Source: an uncultured Pseudomonadota bacterium (GTDB lineage Bacteria > Pseudomonadota > Alphaproteobacteria > JACZXZ01). From it: a DNA stretch of 64,000 nucleotides. The stretch is taken from assembly GCA_963749075.1 (NCBI GenBank), contig CAVVLJ010000017.1, positions 480,001 to 544,000 on the forward strand. The letters are read 5' to 3'. This document shows, piece by piece, positions 60,955 through 64,000 of this stretch; position 1 is the stretch's first letter, and every line of letters begins with the position of its first letter. Below the pieces are notes generated by a model. That model worked only from the letters and a program-made list of their open reading frames with translations, did not search any database and was not told the origin of the DNA. A program made the position numbers and the translations under genes.

Positions 60955-63994
<3,040 letters not shown>

Positions 63995-64000
63995 CGGGCA

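Overview
High-GC Alphaproteobacterial (Rhodospirillales-like) chromosomal window with five blocks. (1) 1-15.6 kb: a surface-glycan island at the 3' side of tRNA-Phe. It carries rfbABCD, gmhA, glycosyltransferases, four methyltransferase domains, a sulfotransferase, an IS5-family end and a complete group II intron (5559-7464). (2) 15.7-25.7 kb: core genes (yacG, RNase E/G, maf, infA, hisD, hisG, murA, mscL, OmpA family). (3) 25.7-39.4 kb: a probable methylated-amine/onium catabolic cluster (GcvT-family dehydrogenase, Dpp-type ABC transporter with two single-base frameshifts, 2OG-Fe(II) oxygenase, DddP-like M24 protein, BHMT-like methyltransferase, PLP enzyme). A higBA remnant inside it is bracketed by a diverged 82-bp duplicate of a gene 3' end. 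(4) 40-43.6 kb: four paralogous secreted MORN-repeat proteins with conserved Cys-pair caps and variable repeat number. (5) 43.8-64 kb: a low-oxygen island with its own FixK-type regulator, eight FNR/FixK boxes, three universal stress proteins, glk/pfkB, an ABC exporter, several deletion scars and the start of an N-ATPase-type operon. All calls come from reading motifs by eye; no database searches were run.
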